From Candidatus Zixiibacteriota bacterium (GTDB lineage: Bacteria > Zixibacteria > MSB-5A5 > GN15 > FEB-12): DNA of 64,000 bases. Shown piece by piece: positions 18,310 to 27,520 of the stretch. A program made the position numbers and the translations under genes. The stretch is from positions 2,623,890 to 2,687,889 of the forward strand of contig CP070777.1 in NCBI GenBank assembly GCA_020346225.1, in the 5' to 3' direction. How positions within the stretch are numbered: the stretch's first letter is position 1; each line of letters starts with the position of its first letter. The notes beneath the pieces are model-generated. The model was not told the origin of the DNA and ran no database searches. It worked only from the letters and a program-made list of their open reading frames with translations.

Positions 18310-19878
18310 TTACTTGGCGTACTCGGTGGCCCGGGTCTCCCTGATGATGGTCACCTTTATCTGGCCCGGGTACTGCATTTCCTTTTCTATCTTATCCGCA
18401 AGGTCGCCGGCCAAAATAGAACAGCCGAGATCATCGAGCGACTCGTTTTCGACAATGACACGCACTTCCCGGCCGGCCTGAATGGCGTAGGCCTTTGAGA
18501 CTCCCTTGAAGCTGTCGGCCAGCTCCTCCAGTTGCTGAAGCCGCTTGATGTAAGCCTCGAGCGGCTCCCGCCTGGCTCCCGGCCGCGCTCCGGAGATAGC
18601 GTCGGCGGCCTGCACCAAACCCGGATAGGGACTGTTCATGGGCACGTCGCCGTGGTGCGACTCCACGGCGTTGACCACCATCTCATCTTCTTTATAACGG
18701 CGGATAAAATCCGCGCCGATCATGGTATGAGTACCTTCCGTCTCGCGGTCGATAGCTTTTCCTATATCGTGGAGCAGACCGCAGCGCTTGGCCAGAACAG
18801 CGTCGAGCTCCAGTTCGGCGGCCATCAAACCGGCCAGCATGGCCACCTCCTTGCAGTGCGCCAGGACGTTCTGACCGTAGGAAGTCCGGAAGTTCAGCTT
18901 GCCGAGCTGATAAACCACGTCGAGATGGAGACTGTGCACGCCCAGCTCGAAGCAGGCCTGCTCGCCGGCCTCGCGAACGATAACCTCCATTTCCTTTTTC
19001 GATTTGTCAACGACCTCCTCGATCCTCGTCGGATGTATCCGGCCGTCGGAGATCAGCTTCTCCAGTGCCATCCGCGCGATTTCCCGACGCACCGGGTCGT
19101 ACCCCGAGAGAATTACGGCTTCAGGGGTGTCGTCAACAATAACGTCAATACCGGTGGCGGTCTCAAAAGAACGAATGTTGCGGCCCTCACGGCCGATAAT
19201 CCGCCCCTTCATCTCGTCGCCCGGAAGGTTGACCACGGACACCGTTGATTCCACGGTGTGGTCGGCGGCGCATCGGTATATGGAGTTAAGAATGATTTCC
19301 TTGACTTCTTTCTCGGCGTCCTGCTCCGCCTTCTCCTTGATTTCCTTGATGCGGGCCGCAGCCTCCATCTTGGCGGAGCTGATCATATTATCCATCAACT
19401 GCTTCTTGGCCTCTTCCGGCGTCATCTGGGCTATCTTCAGGAGCTGCTCGTTCTGGGCGGCAATGATCTCATCGAGCTGTTTCTCGCGCAGGGCGATGCC
19501 CTTTTCGCGGGCTTGAACGTTTCTCTCACGGTTGGACAATTCCCGGTCACGGACCTGCAGAAGGTCGACTTTCTTCTGTACGGAAGCCTGTTGGGTCTCG
19601 AGCTTCTTCTCGGCGGCCTCGAGTTCTCGCCGTCTTTTTTCGGACTCGTCCTCAAACTCCGCTTTTAGCTTCAGCCACTCCTCGCGAGCTTCAAGAACCG
19701 CCTCTTTTTTCTTCATCTTGGCTTCATTCTCGGCTTCCGCCATTAACTTTTTCGTTTCCTCGCGGGCAAGCTCTCTTTCCCTCCTTATAGCTCGCCGGGG
19801 CAAGTAACCGAAAACGAGGAATGAGACGGCCGCAACGACCGCAGCCACTACAACAAGAATGATGGCGTCGTTCATCAT
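18310..19878 (-). CDS. rny: ribonuclease Y
   Basis: 522 aa. N-terminal TM, long coiled coil, KH domain (GRIIGREGRNIR), HD domain (LLHDIGKA). Confidence 0.95.
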   Translation of the reverse strand: MMNDAIILVVVAAVVAAVSFLVFGYLPRRAIRRERELAREETKKLMAEAENEAKMKKKEAVLEAREEWLKLKAEFEDESEKRRRELEAAEKKLETQQASVQKKVDLLQVRDRELSNRERNVQAREKGIALREKQLDEIIAAQNEQLLKIAQMTPEEAKKQLMDNMISSAKMEAAARIKEIKEKAEQDAEKEVKEIILNSIYRCAADHTVESTVSVVNLPGDEMKGRIIGREGRNIRSFETATGIDVIVDDTPEAVILSGYDPVRREIARMALEKLISDGRIHPTRIEEVVDKSKKEMEVIVREAGEQACFELGVHSLHLDVVYQLGKLNFRTSYGQNVLAHCKEVAMLAGLMAAELELDAVLAKRCGLLHDIGKAIDRETEGTHTMIGADFIRRYKEDEMVVNAVESHHGDVPMNSPYPGLVQAADAISGARPGARREPLEAYIKRLQQLEELADSFKGVSKAYAIQAGREVRVIVENESLDDLGCSILAGDLADKIEKEMQYPGQIKVTIIRETRATEYAK

Positions 19879-19885
19879 TTCCTCC

Positions 19886-19905
19886 CATCCGACGAGGGTC
19901 GGATG
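19886..19905 (-). promoter_or_regulatory. 8-bp hairpin abutting the rny Shine-Dalgarno
   Basis: Minus strand CATCCGAC-CCTC-GTCGGATG immediately followed by GGAGGAA ATG (rny start). Confidence 0.35.
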
Positions 19906-19972
19906 TGCAATCTATTTATATTAAGGATGGATAAGGAAGATGAGCGGGATCAAAACGGTCGGACTCACGAAC

Positions 19973-20278
19973 CTATGGCAAGTCTTTCAGGGCTGCGTCA
20001 AGCCGCTTGAGAATGGCGTCAATCCGATGGTCGAATTGCTTACCGGATTGTCGCAGGGTGGCCTTTTCAGCATGTAGCTCAGAAGCTATGGACATCGCTG
20101 CCAATATTGCCACCTTATCCCGGGACGCCACCCGGCTGGTTTTGGCCGTTTCTTTCATCTTGGCATCAACATAGTCGGCAATCCGGGAAATATAAGACGG
20201 GTCGCCGGCACCGGTTATTGGATAATCCTCACCGTATATATTTACCACTACCTTGCTTGCCGCTGAACTATCTGCCAT
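19973..20278 (-). CDS. zapA: cell division protein ZapA
   Basis: 101 aa. VNIYGEDYPI... and AILAAMSIASEL helical region typical of ZapA. Confidence 0.8.
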   Translation of the reverse strand: MADSSAASKVVVNIYGEDYPITGAGDPSYISRIADYVDAKMKETAKTSRVASRDKVAILAAMSIASELHAEKATLRQSGKQFDHRIDAILKRLDAALKDLP

Positions 20279-20364
20279 TGGTCTATAAACACTATCCGCT
20301 ATCTTCTTATCCTACTAACTTACAACAATTTATACGGACGAACGGGTCAATGTCAAGGAAAAAA

Positions 20365-20607
20365 TCAATCAACTGCCTGCTGCAGCTGGTCAAGGCGGTT
20401 GATAATCGACGTAAGCTTGGTGCGCGCCGTCTCGGCCCGGTCGGCAACCTCCAGCTTCAGCTTCTCGTTATCTTTTTTCAGCGCGGAAAGCTCTTTGTTC
20501 AGCGCCTTTACGGCCTTCTGGAGCGCCTCGTTCTCGGCCCGAGTCGCTTCCAGATGGCTGAGCACCTTCTCGAGTTTATCCACTATCTGGTCGAGTTTAT
20601 CAGGCAT
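20365..20607 (-). CDS. small coiled-coil protein (ZapB-like)
   Basis: 80 aa, entirely heptad-repeat/coiled-coil. Position upstream of zapA. No catalytic motif. Confidence 0.5.
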   Translation of the reverse strand: MPDKLDQIVDKLEKVLSHLEATRAENEALQKAVKALNKELSALKKDNEKLKLEVADRAETARTKLTSIINRLDQLQQAVD

Positions 20608-20609
20608 GG

Positions 20610-22991
20610 CTATTTATCCCTGATCTGGGCGTTAAAATTCTTCTTCAGTCGGCTGACAAGCGCCTTTTGCATCTGGTCAACCTGTTCGCTCGACAGGCTG
20701 CCTTCGTCGGAACGATAGTTTATGGATATAGCTATGGACTTCTTTCCTTTGTCTATCTGCTTGCCGGTGTACAGGTCGAATATCTCAACACTCTCGGCCA
20801 GATCACCGGCACTTTCCTTGACCACTTCCACCAGGTCTCCGGCCTTGACAGACTGGTCGACTACCAGCGCAAGGTCGCGGGGAGCGGCCGGATAGACCGG
20901 AAGGGGCCGATACTCCTTGCGGACTTCCTCGGCGGCGAGCAGCGGCTCCAATTCGACCTCAGCCAGGTAGACGGGTTGTTTTATCTCGAAAGCCTCCGAA
21001 ATCTTCGCTGACACCTTACCCAGAAAGCCCATCTCAATATTGTCAACAGTCATCTGAAAAGAAAGGTCGCCCTCGAATGCCGAAAATCGATGCGGCCGGT
21101 AAGTCAACCCGGACCAGTTGAAGTGCCGGGCCAGGTGGTCGACGGCGCCCGAGACGTCGTAGAAATCGTAAGGCCGGGGCCGGCTTCGCCACGTGTGCGG
21201 AGAATGACCGGTAACGGCCAGCACCAGGCGCTCCTTCTCCACCCACTGGCCGGGGCCGCCGCCGGGGAAATAAACCTTCCCCAGTTCGAACAGGCACAGG
21301 TCCAGGTTGCGATGAGCCAGGTTGTGGCTGATGACATTGAGCGTCGTGGTGACCAGCGAGTTGCGCATGGTGTTAAGCTCCTCCGACGCCGGATTGGTCA
21401 GCTTCACCTGAGGCTGCCCGGGATTGACCAGGGAAGACTGATTCTGATGCACCAAACCGTGATTGACGATCTCGTCGAAACCGCTTCCCGTGAGAATGTG
21501 TCTGGCATCGGCTTTGAATCGGTCCAGTCGGCCCAGCGGCGTGTAGAGGGGGCCGATGTTGGCGACGGCGTCGGGAATGTTATCGTAGCCTTCGATTCGC
21601 GCGACCTCCTCGATCAGGTCGATCTCGCGCTCGATGTCGGGACGAAAAGTGGGCACGGTGACTTTCATGGGGTCGTCGCCAGTGACCGTGAATTCCAGGC
21701 CCTGAAGGATCTCCTTCATGCGAGAAACCGCGATCGATGTTCCCAGAACGGAATTGCACCGGGATGGCCGAAGCGTGATTTCTTTCGGTTCGATTGCGCC
21801 GGGGTAACAGTCGACAATTCCCTTGAGTACCTCTCCCCCGCACAGCTCCTGCATGAGATGGGCGGCCCGGTCGATAGCGTAAGGAATGCCGTTGGGATCG
21901 GCCCCGCGCTCGAACCGGGACGAGGACTCCGTCACGAGACCCAGGTGCTTGCGACCCTTTCTAATCACGGCCGGGTCGAAATAGGCCGCTTCAAGAAGAA
22001 TATCGGTCGTAGTATCTTCGATCTCCGAGTCCAGACCGCCCATGATACCGCCGGCGGCCACGCCGACCTTGCCGTTGGTAATCAGCAGAACGTCGGGCAC
22101 CAGCTCGTGCCGCTCGCCGTCGAGAGTCACGAACTCTTCGCCGTCGGCGGCGCGCCGGACGACGACCTCCCGCGAACCGAAACGGTCGAGGTCAAAGGCG
22201 TGCAGCGGATGCCCCGTTTCCAGCATGACCAGGTTGGTGATGTCGACAACATTGGATATTGGCCGAACCCCGGAGGTCAGCAGCTTCCTTTTCAGCCACC
22301 ACGGTGACGGACCTATTTTCACGTTCCTTATCAGGCGGGCGGCATAGCGCGGACACCCTTCGGGGTCATCTATACTGACTTTAATGGAATCGGAAGCCTT
22401 AGCGGAAACTTCCTTCAGCTCGAAAGAGGGACGCCTGACCTCTGTGCCGCCGAGAGCGGCCAGGTCGCGGGCGACGCCTATCGCCGACATGGAATCGCCC
22501 CGGTTGGGCGTCAACTCGAAAGTCAGAATATAATCATCGTATTGAAGCTGCTCCGCCAGAGGCGTCCCCAAAACCGCGTCCGCCTCCAGGACCATTATAC
22601 CCGAGTGGTCGTCCGAGATGCCCAGCTCCCGTTCTGAACAGATCATGGCGGCCGACTCGACGCCCCGTATTTTCACTTTCTTGATGACCATATCGCCGGC
22701 CAGCTTCGCGCCCTCGAGTGCGACCGGCACCTTCTGACCGACAGCCACGTTGGGAGCGCCGCAAATGACATCCATACCGTCACCGCCGAGATCAACGGTA
22801 GCCAGCTGAATCTTCGCGGCCCCTTCCACCGGCTTTAAGGCGGTCACCTTACCGACCACCACGCGGTCCATGTAGCGGTCGGCCTTATCGATATACTCAC
22901 AGGCGGTGCCGCACAGGGTGAGACGCTCCGCCATCTCCTGCGGCGACCAGTCCAGACCGGTAAGTTCTTTAAGCCACTTGTACGAAATCAT
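20610..22991 (-). CDS. pheT: phenylalanine-tRNA ligase beta subunit
   Basis: 793 aa. N-terminal MISYKWLKE, B3/4, B5 and FDX-ACB region order typical of PheT. Confidence 0.95.
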   Translation of the reverse strand: MISYKWLKELTGLDWSPQEMAERLTLCGTACEYIDKADRYMDRVVVGKVTALKPVEGAAKIQLATVDLGGDGMDVICGAPNVAVGQKVPVALEGAKLAGDMVIKKVKIRGVESAAMICSERELGISDDHSGIMVLEADAVLGTPLAEQLQYDDYILTFELTPNRGDSMSAIGVARDLAALGGTEVRRPSFELKEVSAKASDSIKVSIDDPEGCPRYAARLIRNVKIGPSPWWLKRKLLTSGVRPISNVVDITNLVMLETGHPLHAFDLDRFGSREVVVRRAADGEEFVTLDGERHELVPDVLLITNGKVGVAAGGIMGGLDSEIEDTTTDILLEAAYFDPAVIRKGRKHLGLVTESSSRFERGADPNGIPYAIDRAAHLMQELCGGEVLKGIVDCYPGAIEPKEITLRPSRCNSVLGTSIAVSRMKEILQGLEFTVTGDDPMKVTVPTFRPDIEREIDLIEEVARIEGYDNIPDAVANIGPLYTPLGRLDRFKADARHILTGSGFDEIVNHGLVHQNQSSLVNPGQPQVKLTNPASEELNTMRNSLVTTTLNVISHNLAHRNLDLCLFELGKVYFPGGGPGQWVEKERLVLAVTGHSPHTWRSRPRPYDFYDVSGAVDHLARHFNWSGLTYRPHRFSAFEGDLSFQMTVDNIEMGFLGKVSAKISEAFEIKQPVYLAEVELEPLLAAEEVRKEYRPLPVYPAAPRDLALVVDQSVKAGDLVEVVKESAGDLAESVEIFDLYTGKQIDKGKKSIAISINYRSDEGSLSSEQVDQMQKALVSRLKKNFNAQIRDK

Positions 22992-22997
22992 GGTCTG

Positions 22998-24017
22998 TCA
23001 GCAAAACTGCTTGAGGAACCTGACATCATTGTTAAAAAACAGTCGGATATCGTTGATCCGGTATTTGAGCATGGCCGGGCGTTCCATGCCGATACCGAAA
23101 GCATACCCGGTGTACTTCTCCGGGTCATGGCCGGCCTTTTCCAGCACCGCCGGATGAATCATGCCGCAACCGAGAATCTCCAGCCACCCGGTCTGCTTGC
23201 AAACCTGGCAACCCTTCCCATCGCAGAGAAAGCAGGACACGTCAACCTCGGCCGACGGCTCCGTGAAGGGGAAAAACGACGGCCGGAACCTGATTGCGAC
23301 CTTCTCCCCGAAGAAAGCTTTGCAGAAGGCGACCAGGGCACCCTTGAGATCACCCATGGTCACACCCTCGTCGACCAGAAAGCCGTCGACCTGGTGGAAG
23401 GCGACGTGGGAGCGCGTCGAAATAGCCTCGTTACGAAAACACAACCCGGGCGTTATGGCTTTGATGGGCGGTTTCTGCGTTTCCAGGACCCGGGCCTGCA
23501 CCGGCGTCGTGTGCGTCCGAAGAACGCCGTTGCCTTCTACAAACATGGTATCCTGCATGTCGCGGGCCGGATGGTCGGGCGGAAAGTTGAGCGCCTCGAA
23601 ATTGTAGTAGTCGGTCTCGATATCGGGACCGCGCTCGATGGCAAACCCCATCCGCTGAAAGATGAGGCAGGCTTCGTCTATCACCTGGTTGACGATATGG
23701 ATGGCCCCGAGGCGCGGCGCCGTGCCAGGGAGAGTATAATCAAAAGCGTCGCCGGCGGCGGCGACAGACAACTTGCCAAGCGTTTCCTTGATCTGCTCTT
23801 CCAGCTCAGCGCGGACCCGATTGGCCGCAGCGCCGACCTTCTTTCTCTCATCCAGAGCGAGGTCCTTCAGCCCCTTCAAAACGGCCGTCACGGCCCCCTT
23901 GCGCCCGAGGTATTTGATCTGGATTTGGTTAAGGCGCTCCGGGGAATCGGCGCGGCCGATTTCGTCGAACGCCTCCTGTCTCAATCTGGCAACATCGTCA
24001 GTGAGGGACATTAGCAA
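22998..24017 (-). CDS. pheS: phenylalanine-tRNA ligase alpha subunit
   Basis: 339 aa. Class II motifs (HPARDMQDT, FRNE, GxGxGxER-like GIGMERPAML). Confidence 0.95.
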   Translation of the reverse strand: MLMSLTDDVARLRQEAFDEIGRADSPERLNQIQIKYLGRKGAVTAVLKGLKDLALDERKKVGAAANRVRAELEEQIKETLGKLSVAAAGDAFDYTLPGTAPRLGAIHIVNQVIDEACLIFQRMGFAIERGPDIETDYYNFEALNFPPDHPARDMQDTMFVEGNGVLRTHTTPVQARVLETQKPPIKAITPGLCFRNEAISTRSHVAFHQVDGFLVDEGVTMGDLKGALVAFCKAFFGEKVAIRFRPSFFPFTEPSAEVDVSCFLCDGKGCQVCKQTGWLEILGCGMIHPAVLEKAGHDPEKYTGYAFGIGMERPAMLKYRINDIRLFFNNDVRFLKQFC

Positions 24018-24029
24018 GGCACTCCGGCA

Positions 24030-24380
24030 TCAGTTTCCGGCTGCCATCTTTGCCAATTCCGAGAAGGTGGCCGCATCGCGTGCGGCGATGTCGGCGAGCA
24101 TTTTGCGGTCGAGATTTACCCCGGCTTTCTTGAGACCCGACATGAAAGCAGAGTAGTTGGTGCCATTCATCCTCGCAGCGGCTGATATGCGGGTGATCCA
24201 CAGACTGCGAAAAACCCGCTTCTTGTTGCGGCGGTCGCGGTAGGCGTACTTCAGTCCCTTGTTGACGGTTTCAAGAGCAGTACGGTAAAGCTTGGCTCGA
24301 GCGTTATAATTACCGCGAGCCTTCTTCAGAATCTTCTTGTGACGCTTATGAGCAGCAACATTATTCTTAGTACGTGGCAT
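24030..24380 (-). CDS. rplT: 50S ribosomal protein L20
   Basis: 116 aa. [19 protein letters not shown]... is unmistakably L20. Confidence 0.97.
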   Translation of the reverse strand: MPRTKNNVAAHKRHKKILKKARGNYNARAKLYRTALETVNKGLKYAYRDRRNKKRVFRSLWITRISAAARMNGTNYSAFMSGLKKAGVNLDRKMLADIAARDAATFSELAKMAAGN

Positions 24381-24410
24381 CTGTCATTATCTCCTCGGTT
24401 AAACAAAAAG

Positions 24411-24605
24411 CTACTTGGGCAGCATCCGCCTGACCCTCTTGGTATCGGGCTTGGACACCAGGGTGGACTTTCTCAGTTTACGTTTGCGCTTGGGGCTTTT
24501 CTTGGTCAGGATGTGTGACTTGAAAGCCTTGTTCCGTTTAAACTTGCCGGTACCCGTTTTCTTGAATCGTTTGGCGGCTCCGCGCTGTGTTCTTATCTTC
24601 GGCAT
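24411..24605 (-). CDS. rpmI: 50S ribosomal protein L35
   Basis: 64 aa. [24 protein letters not shown] is typical L35. Confidence 0.95.
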   Translation of the reverse strand: MPKIRTQRGAAKRFKKTGTGKFKRNKAFKSHILTKKSPKRKRKLRKSTLVSKPDTKRVRRMLPK

Positions 24606-24611
24606 CGGTTG

Positions 24612-25241
24612 TTATCCTTCGCTTTCTGTTGGTTCACTGTGTGGTGCTTTCGCCTCGGTTTGCTGCTGTCTGGCCTTCTGCTCCTCCGCCAGCCTGGCGG
24701 CCCGGGCGTCTTTCATCTTCTTTATAACTTCGGGTTTCGGCCCGAGGATCATAGCCATAGTCCGGCCTTCCAGCTTGGGCTCGTTCTCTATCAAAGAAAT
24801 ATCTTTCAGCTCCTCGGCCACCCTGTCAAGAATCTTTCGACCATACTCGGTGTGGGCCATCTCGCGGCCCCGAAACATCACGAACACCTTGACCTTGCTG
24901 CCGGATTCCAAAAATTCCCGCACGTGCCTGGTCTTGAAATTGAAGTCGTGCTCGTCGATCTTGGGCCGATAACGCATCTCCTTGAGATGGAAAGAATGCT
25001 GTTTCTTCTTGGCCAACCGGTCCTTCTTGGACAGCTCGTATTTGAACTTGCCGTAGTCAAGGATCCGGCATACCGGCGGTCTGCTGGTCGGCGCCACTTC
25101 AACAAGATCAAGTCCGTACTCTTCGGCCCGCTGAAGCGCCTGGTCGGTGGGAACAATGCCGAGCTGGTCACCGTCCGGCCCGATGAGCCTGACCGGTGAT
25201 ACCCGGATACGGCGATTGATCCGCAAATCCTTGCTTGCTAT
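24612..25241 (-). CDS. infC: translation initiation factor IF-3 (probable non-canonical ATA start)
   Basis: IF-3 sequence (INRRIRVSPVRLIGPDGDQLGIV...). The track start is TTG at 25226. In frame 5 codons upstream is ATA (25239-25241), preceded by AGGAGG with 5-nt spacing and by an in-frame TAA. Confidence 0.9.
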   Translation of the reverse strand: MASKDLRINRRIRVSPVRLIGPDGDQLGIVPTDQALQRAEEYGLDLVEVAPTSRPPVCRILDYGKFKYELSKKDRLAKKKQHSFHLKEMRYRPKIDEHDFNFKTRHVREFLESGSKVKVFVMFRGREMAHTEYGRKILDRVAEELKDISLIENEPKLEGRTMAMILGPKPEVIKKMKDARAARLAEEQKARQQQTEAKAPHSEPTESEG

Positions 25242-25264
25242 GTATTCCTCCTGTTAACTAAGGG

Positions 25265-27193
25265 CTACTTTGCGGCCAGCCCTTTTGACCTGATTTCTTC
25301 TTCGAGCAAACCGAGCGCATCGGCGATGGTCTTGGACCCCAGATCCCCGGCCGAATGCTTTCGCACCGACACCGTTTCCGCCTCAACCTCCCGGGCGCCC
25401 ACTATAAACATGTAGGGCACCTTCAACAGTTCCGCGTCGCGAATCTTGGCGCCGACTTTCTCGGAACGGAAATCGAGTTCGGCACGGATATTATGCTCCT
25501 TGAGCCGGTCTACGACCTGTCGAGCATAGTCGTTGATGCTGTCGGTGATGGGCAGGACTTTTACCTGCACCGGCGCCAGCCACAGCGGAAAATTCCCGGC
25601 GTAATACTCAATCAAAACACCGAAAAAGCGCTCAATGGCGCCGAGCAAAGCTCTGTGTATCATAAAGGGCCGCTTCTGCTGCCCATCGGAAGCAATATAA
25701 TAGAGGTCGAAGCGCTCAGGCAAGGAAAAATCAAACTGGATGGTCGAACACTGCCAGCTTCGCCCCAGTGCATCCTTGATCTTTATATCGATCTTGGGCC
25801 CGTAGAAAGCACCGCCACCCTCGTCGACATCATAAGCGAGCCCGACCTTCTCCAGGACCTGACGCAGACCGGCCTCGGCCCGACGCCAGTCCCCGACATC
25901 GCCGATCGCCTTATCCGGCCGGGTGGAAAGGTAGGTGTCGAAATCGGAAAACCCGAATGACCTCAGGATGTGAACGCAGAAATTCAGCAGCCAGCCCAGC
26001 TCTTCCTCCATCTTCTCCTGGACGACAAAATGATGAGCATCATCCTGAGTCAGACCCCGGACACGCATCAGCCCGTGAAGCACACCGCCTCGTTCGTAGC
26101 GGTAAACGGTCCCCAGCTCGGCCCAGCGCAGCGGGAGGTCCCGGTACGACCACAGGCGTGATTTATACATGGCGATATGGAAAGGGCAATTCATCGGCTT
26201 TAACTGGTACTGCCTTCCTTCGACGTCGATGGTGCCGAACATGTCCTCGGTGAAGAAACTGGTATGCCCGCTCTGCTCCCAGAGTTCGAGGTTGGCTATA
26301 TGCGGGCTGTACACCAGTTCGTAGCCGTGCCTCAGGTGCTCCTCCCGCCAGAAATTCTCGATTTCGTTCCGCATTCTGGCCCCCCGCGGCATCCACAGCA
26401 CCAGGCCGGGCCCGACACTGTCAGAAAAAGTGTAGAGCTCGAGTTGCTTGCCCAGAATGCGGTGATCCCGCTTGCGCGCCTCCTCGAGGCGCTTCACATA
26501 GTCATCGAGCATCGCCTTCTTGGGGTACGAAACGCCGTAGATACGTTGAAGCATGGTCCGTTTCTCGTCGCCCCGCCAGTAGGCCCCGGATGTCGAAGTC
26601 AGCTTGAACGCCTTGATTAAGCCGGTTCGCGGAATATGCGGCCCCCGGCACAGGTCTTCGAAACGGGAGTGATAATAAAGACTGACTTCATCGCCCTCCA
26701 GATCTTCGAGAAGCTCCACTTTGTAGTCGGCCTTCTGCTCTCTGTAATGGGTGATCGCGTCACTGCGATTCATTGTTTCGCGACGAAAGACGGCATCCTC
26801 ATCGATGATCTCCTGCATCTTGAGCTCGATCTTTTCGAGGTCCTCGGGCGAAAACGGTTTCTCCACCTCGAAGTCATAATACCAGCCCTCGTCGATAGGC
26901 GGGCCGATGGCGAGCTTGGCCCCGGGAAACAGTTCCATTACAGCCTGGGCCATTATGTGAGAACTGGAATGCCAGAACACCTGGCGGCCCTCGGGCTGTT
27001 CAAAGGTCAGAATCTCGACCGGAGCATCGCCGGGGATAGGCGCATTAAGGTCCATTACCGCGCCGTCTACCTTGACCGCCAGGGCTTCTCGAGCAAGGCC
27101 CGCAGAAACGGCGGCGGCTATCTCGGCCCCGGTGACACCGGCTTCAAATCCTTTGACCGAACCGTCCGGCAGAGTTATCTGTAATTGTCCCAT
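25265..27193 (-). CDS. thrS: threonine-tRNA ligase
   Basis: TGS-type N-terminus (MGQLQITLPDGS), editing and class II catalytic domains. The track GTG start at 27232 would run into the upstream hairpin, so ATG at 27193 is preferred. Confidence 0.95.
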   Translation of the reverse strand: MGQLQITLPDGSVKGFEAGVTGAEIAAAVSAGLAREALAVKVDGAVMDLNAPIPGDAPVEILTFEQPEGRQVFWHSSSHIMAQAVMELFPGAKLAIGPPIDEGWYYDFEVEKPFSPEDLEKIELKMQEIIDEDAVFRRETMNRSDAITHYREQKADYKVELLEDLEGDEVSLYYHSRFEDLCRGPHIPRTGLIKAFKLTSTSGAYWRGDEKRTMLQRIYGVSYPKKAMLDDYVKRLEEARKRDHRILGKQLELYTFSDSVGPGLVLWMPRGARMRNEIENFWREEHLRHGYELVYSPHIANLELWEQSGHTSFFTEDMFGTIDVEGRQYQLKPMNCPFHIAMYKSRLWSYRDLPLRWAELGTVYRYERGGVLHGLMRVRGLTQDDAHHFVVQEKMEEELGWLLNFCVHILRSFGFSDFDTYLSTRPDKAIGDVGDWRRAEAGLRQVLEKVGLAYDVDEGGGAFYGPKIDIKIKDALGRSWQCSTIQFDFSLPERFDLYYIASDGQQKRPFMIHRALLGAIERFFGVLIEYYAGNFPLWLAPVQVKVLPITDSINDYARQVVDRLKEHNIRAELDFRSEKVGAKIRDAELLKVPYMFIVGAREVEAETVSVRKHSAGDLGSKTIADALGLLEEEIRSKGLAAK

Positions 27194-27210
27194 AACGTTT
27201 CCGCACCGAT

Positions 27211-27243
27211 ATAGCAAAAGCGGGTTACACACGCCTGTAACCC
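27211..27243 (-). terminator. hairpin plus short U-tract between tRNA-Val and thrS (terminator/attenuator candidate)
   Basis: Minus strand GGGTTACA-GGCGTG-TGTAACCC followed by GCTTTTGC. A second hairpin CACCG-AAGGTT-CGGTG lies just upstream. Confidence 0.35.
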
Positions 27244-27268
27244 ACCGAACCTTCGGTGCCTACCTATA

Positions 27269-27345
27269 TGGTGGGCGATACTGGAATCGAACCAGTGACC
27301 CCTTGCATGTCAAGCAAGTACTCTAACCATCTGAGCTAATCGCCC
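27269..27345 (-). tRNA. tRNA-Val (anticodon GAC), CCA encoded
   Basis: Hand-folded cloverleaf: acceptor GGGCGAT/ATCGCCC, D-arm GCTC...GAGT, anticodon arm CTTGC-TTGACAT-GCAAG, T-arm ACTGG-TTCGATT-CCAGT, discriminator A, CCA. 77 nt. Confidence 0.9.
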
Positions 27346-27392
27346 GTCCACTATTTCTCACCAAATGCCTGTAACTCGTTAGGCAGTCACCT

Positions 27393-27420
27393 ATTATACA
27401 ATACGAACCTTGATTGTCAA
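27393..27420 (-). promoter_or_regulatory. consensus sigma70 promoter for tRNA-Val (and probably thrS operon)
   Basis: Minus strand TTGACA-N16-TATAAT, both hexamers perfect. The -10 ends ~48 nt upstream of the tRNA 5' end. Inverted repeat CCTTGA-CAA-TCAAGG overlaps the -35. Confidence 0.6.
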
Positions 27421-27520
27421 GGGCTAATATCAAGTGCCCCTAAATTAAATCCTTTGAGCACCATATGTTTACACTGGAGAAACGAACAACCGGATTAAGC
27501 GGGGCTGGTGTCTTGAGGCC

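Noticed and set aside
19879-19972. 6S RNA (ssrS) downstream of zapA, as in enterobacteria
   Set aside because: The gap is only 94 nt, too short for a ~180-nt 6S RNA, and has no extended imperfect duplex.
27222-27243. thrS operator mimicking the tRNA-Thr anticodon arm (hairpin loop GGCGUG contains CGU)
   Set aside because: The loop is 6 nt rather than 7, and there is no second domain or SD overlap as in the E. coli operator. It is more simply the tRNA-Val terminator.
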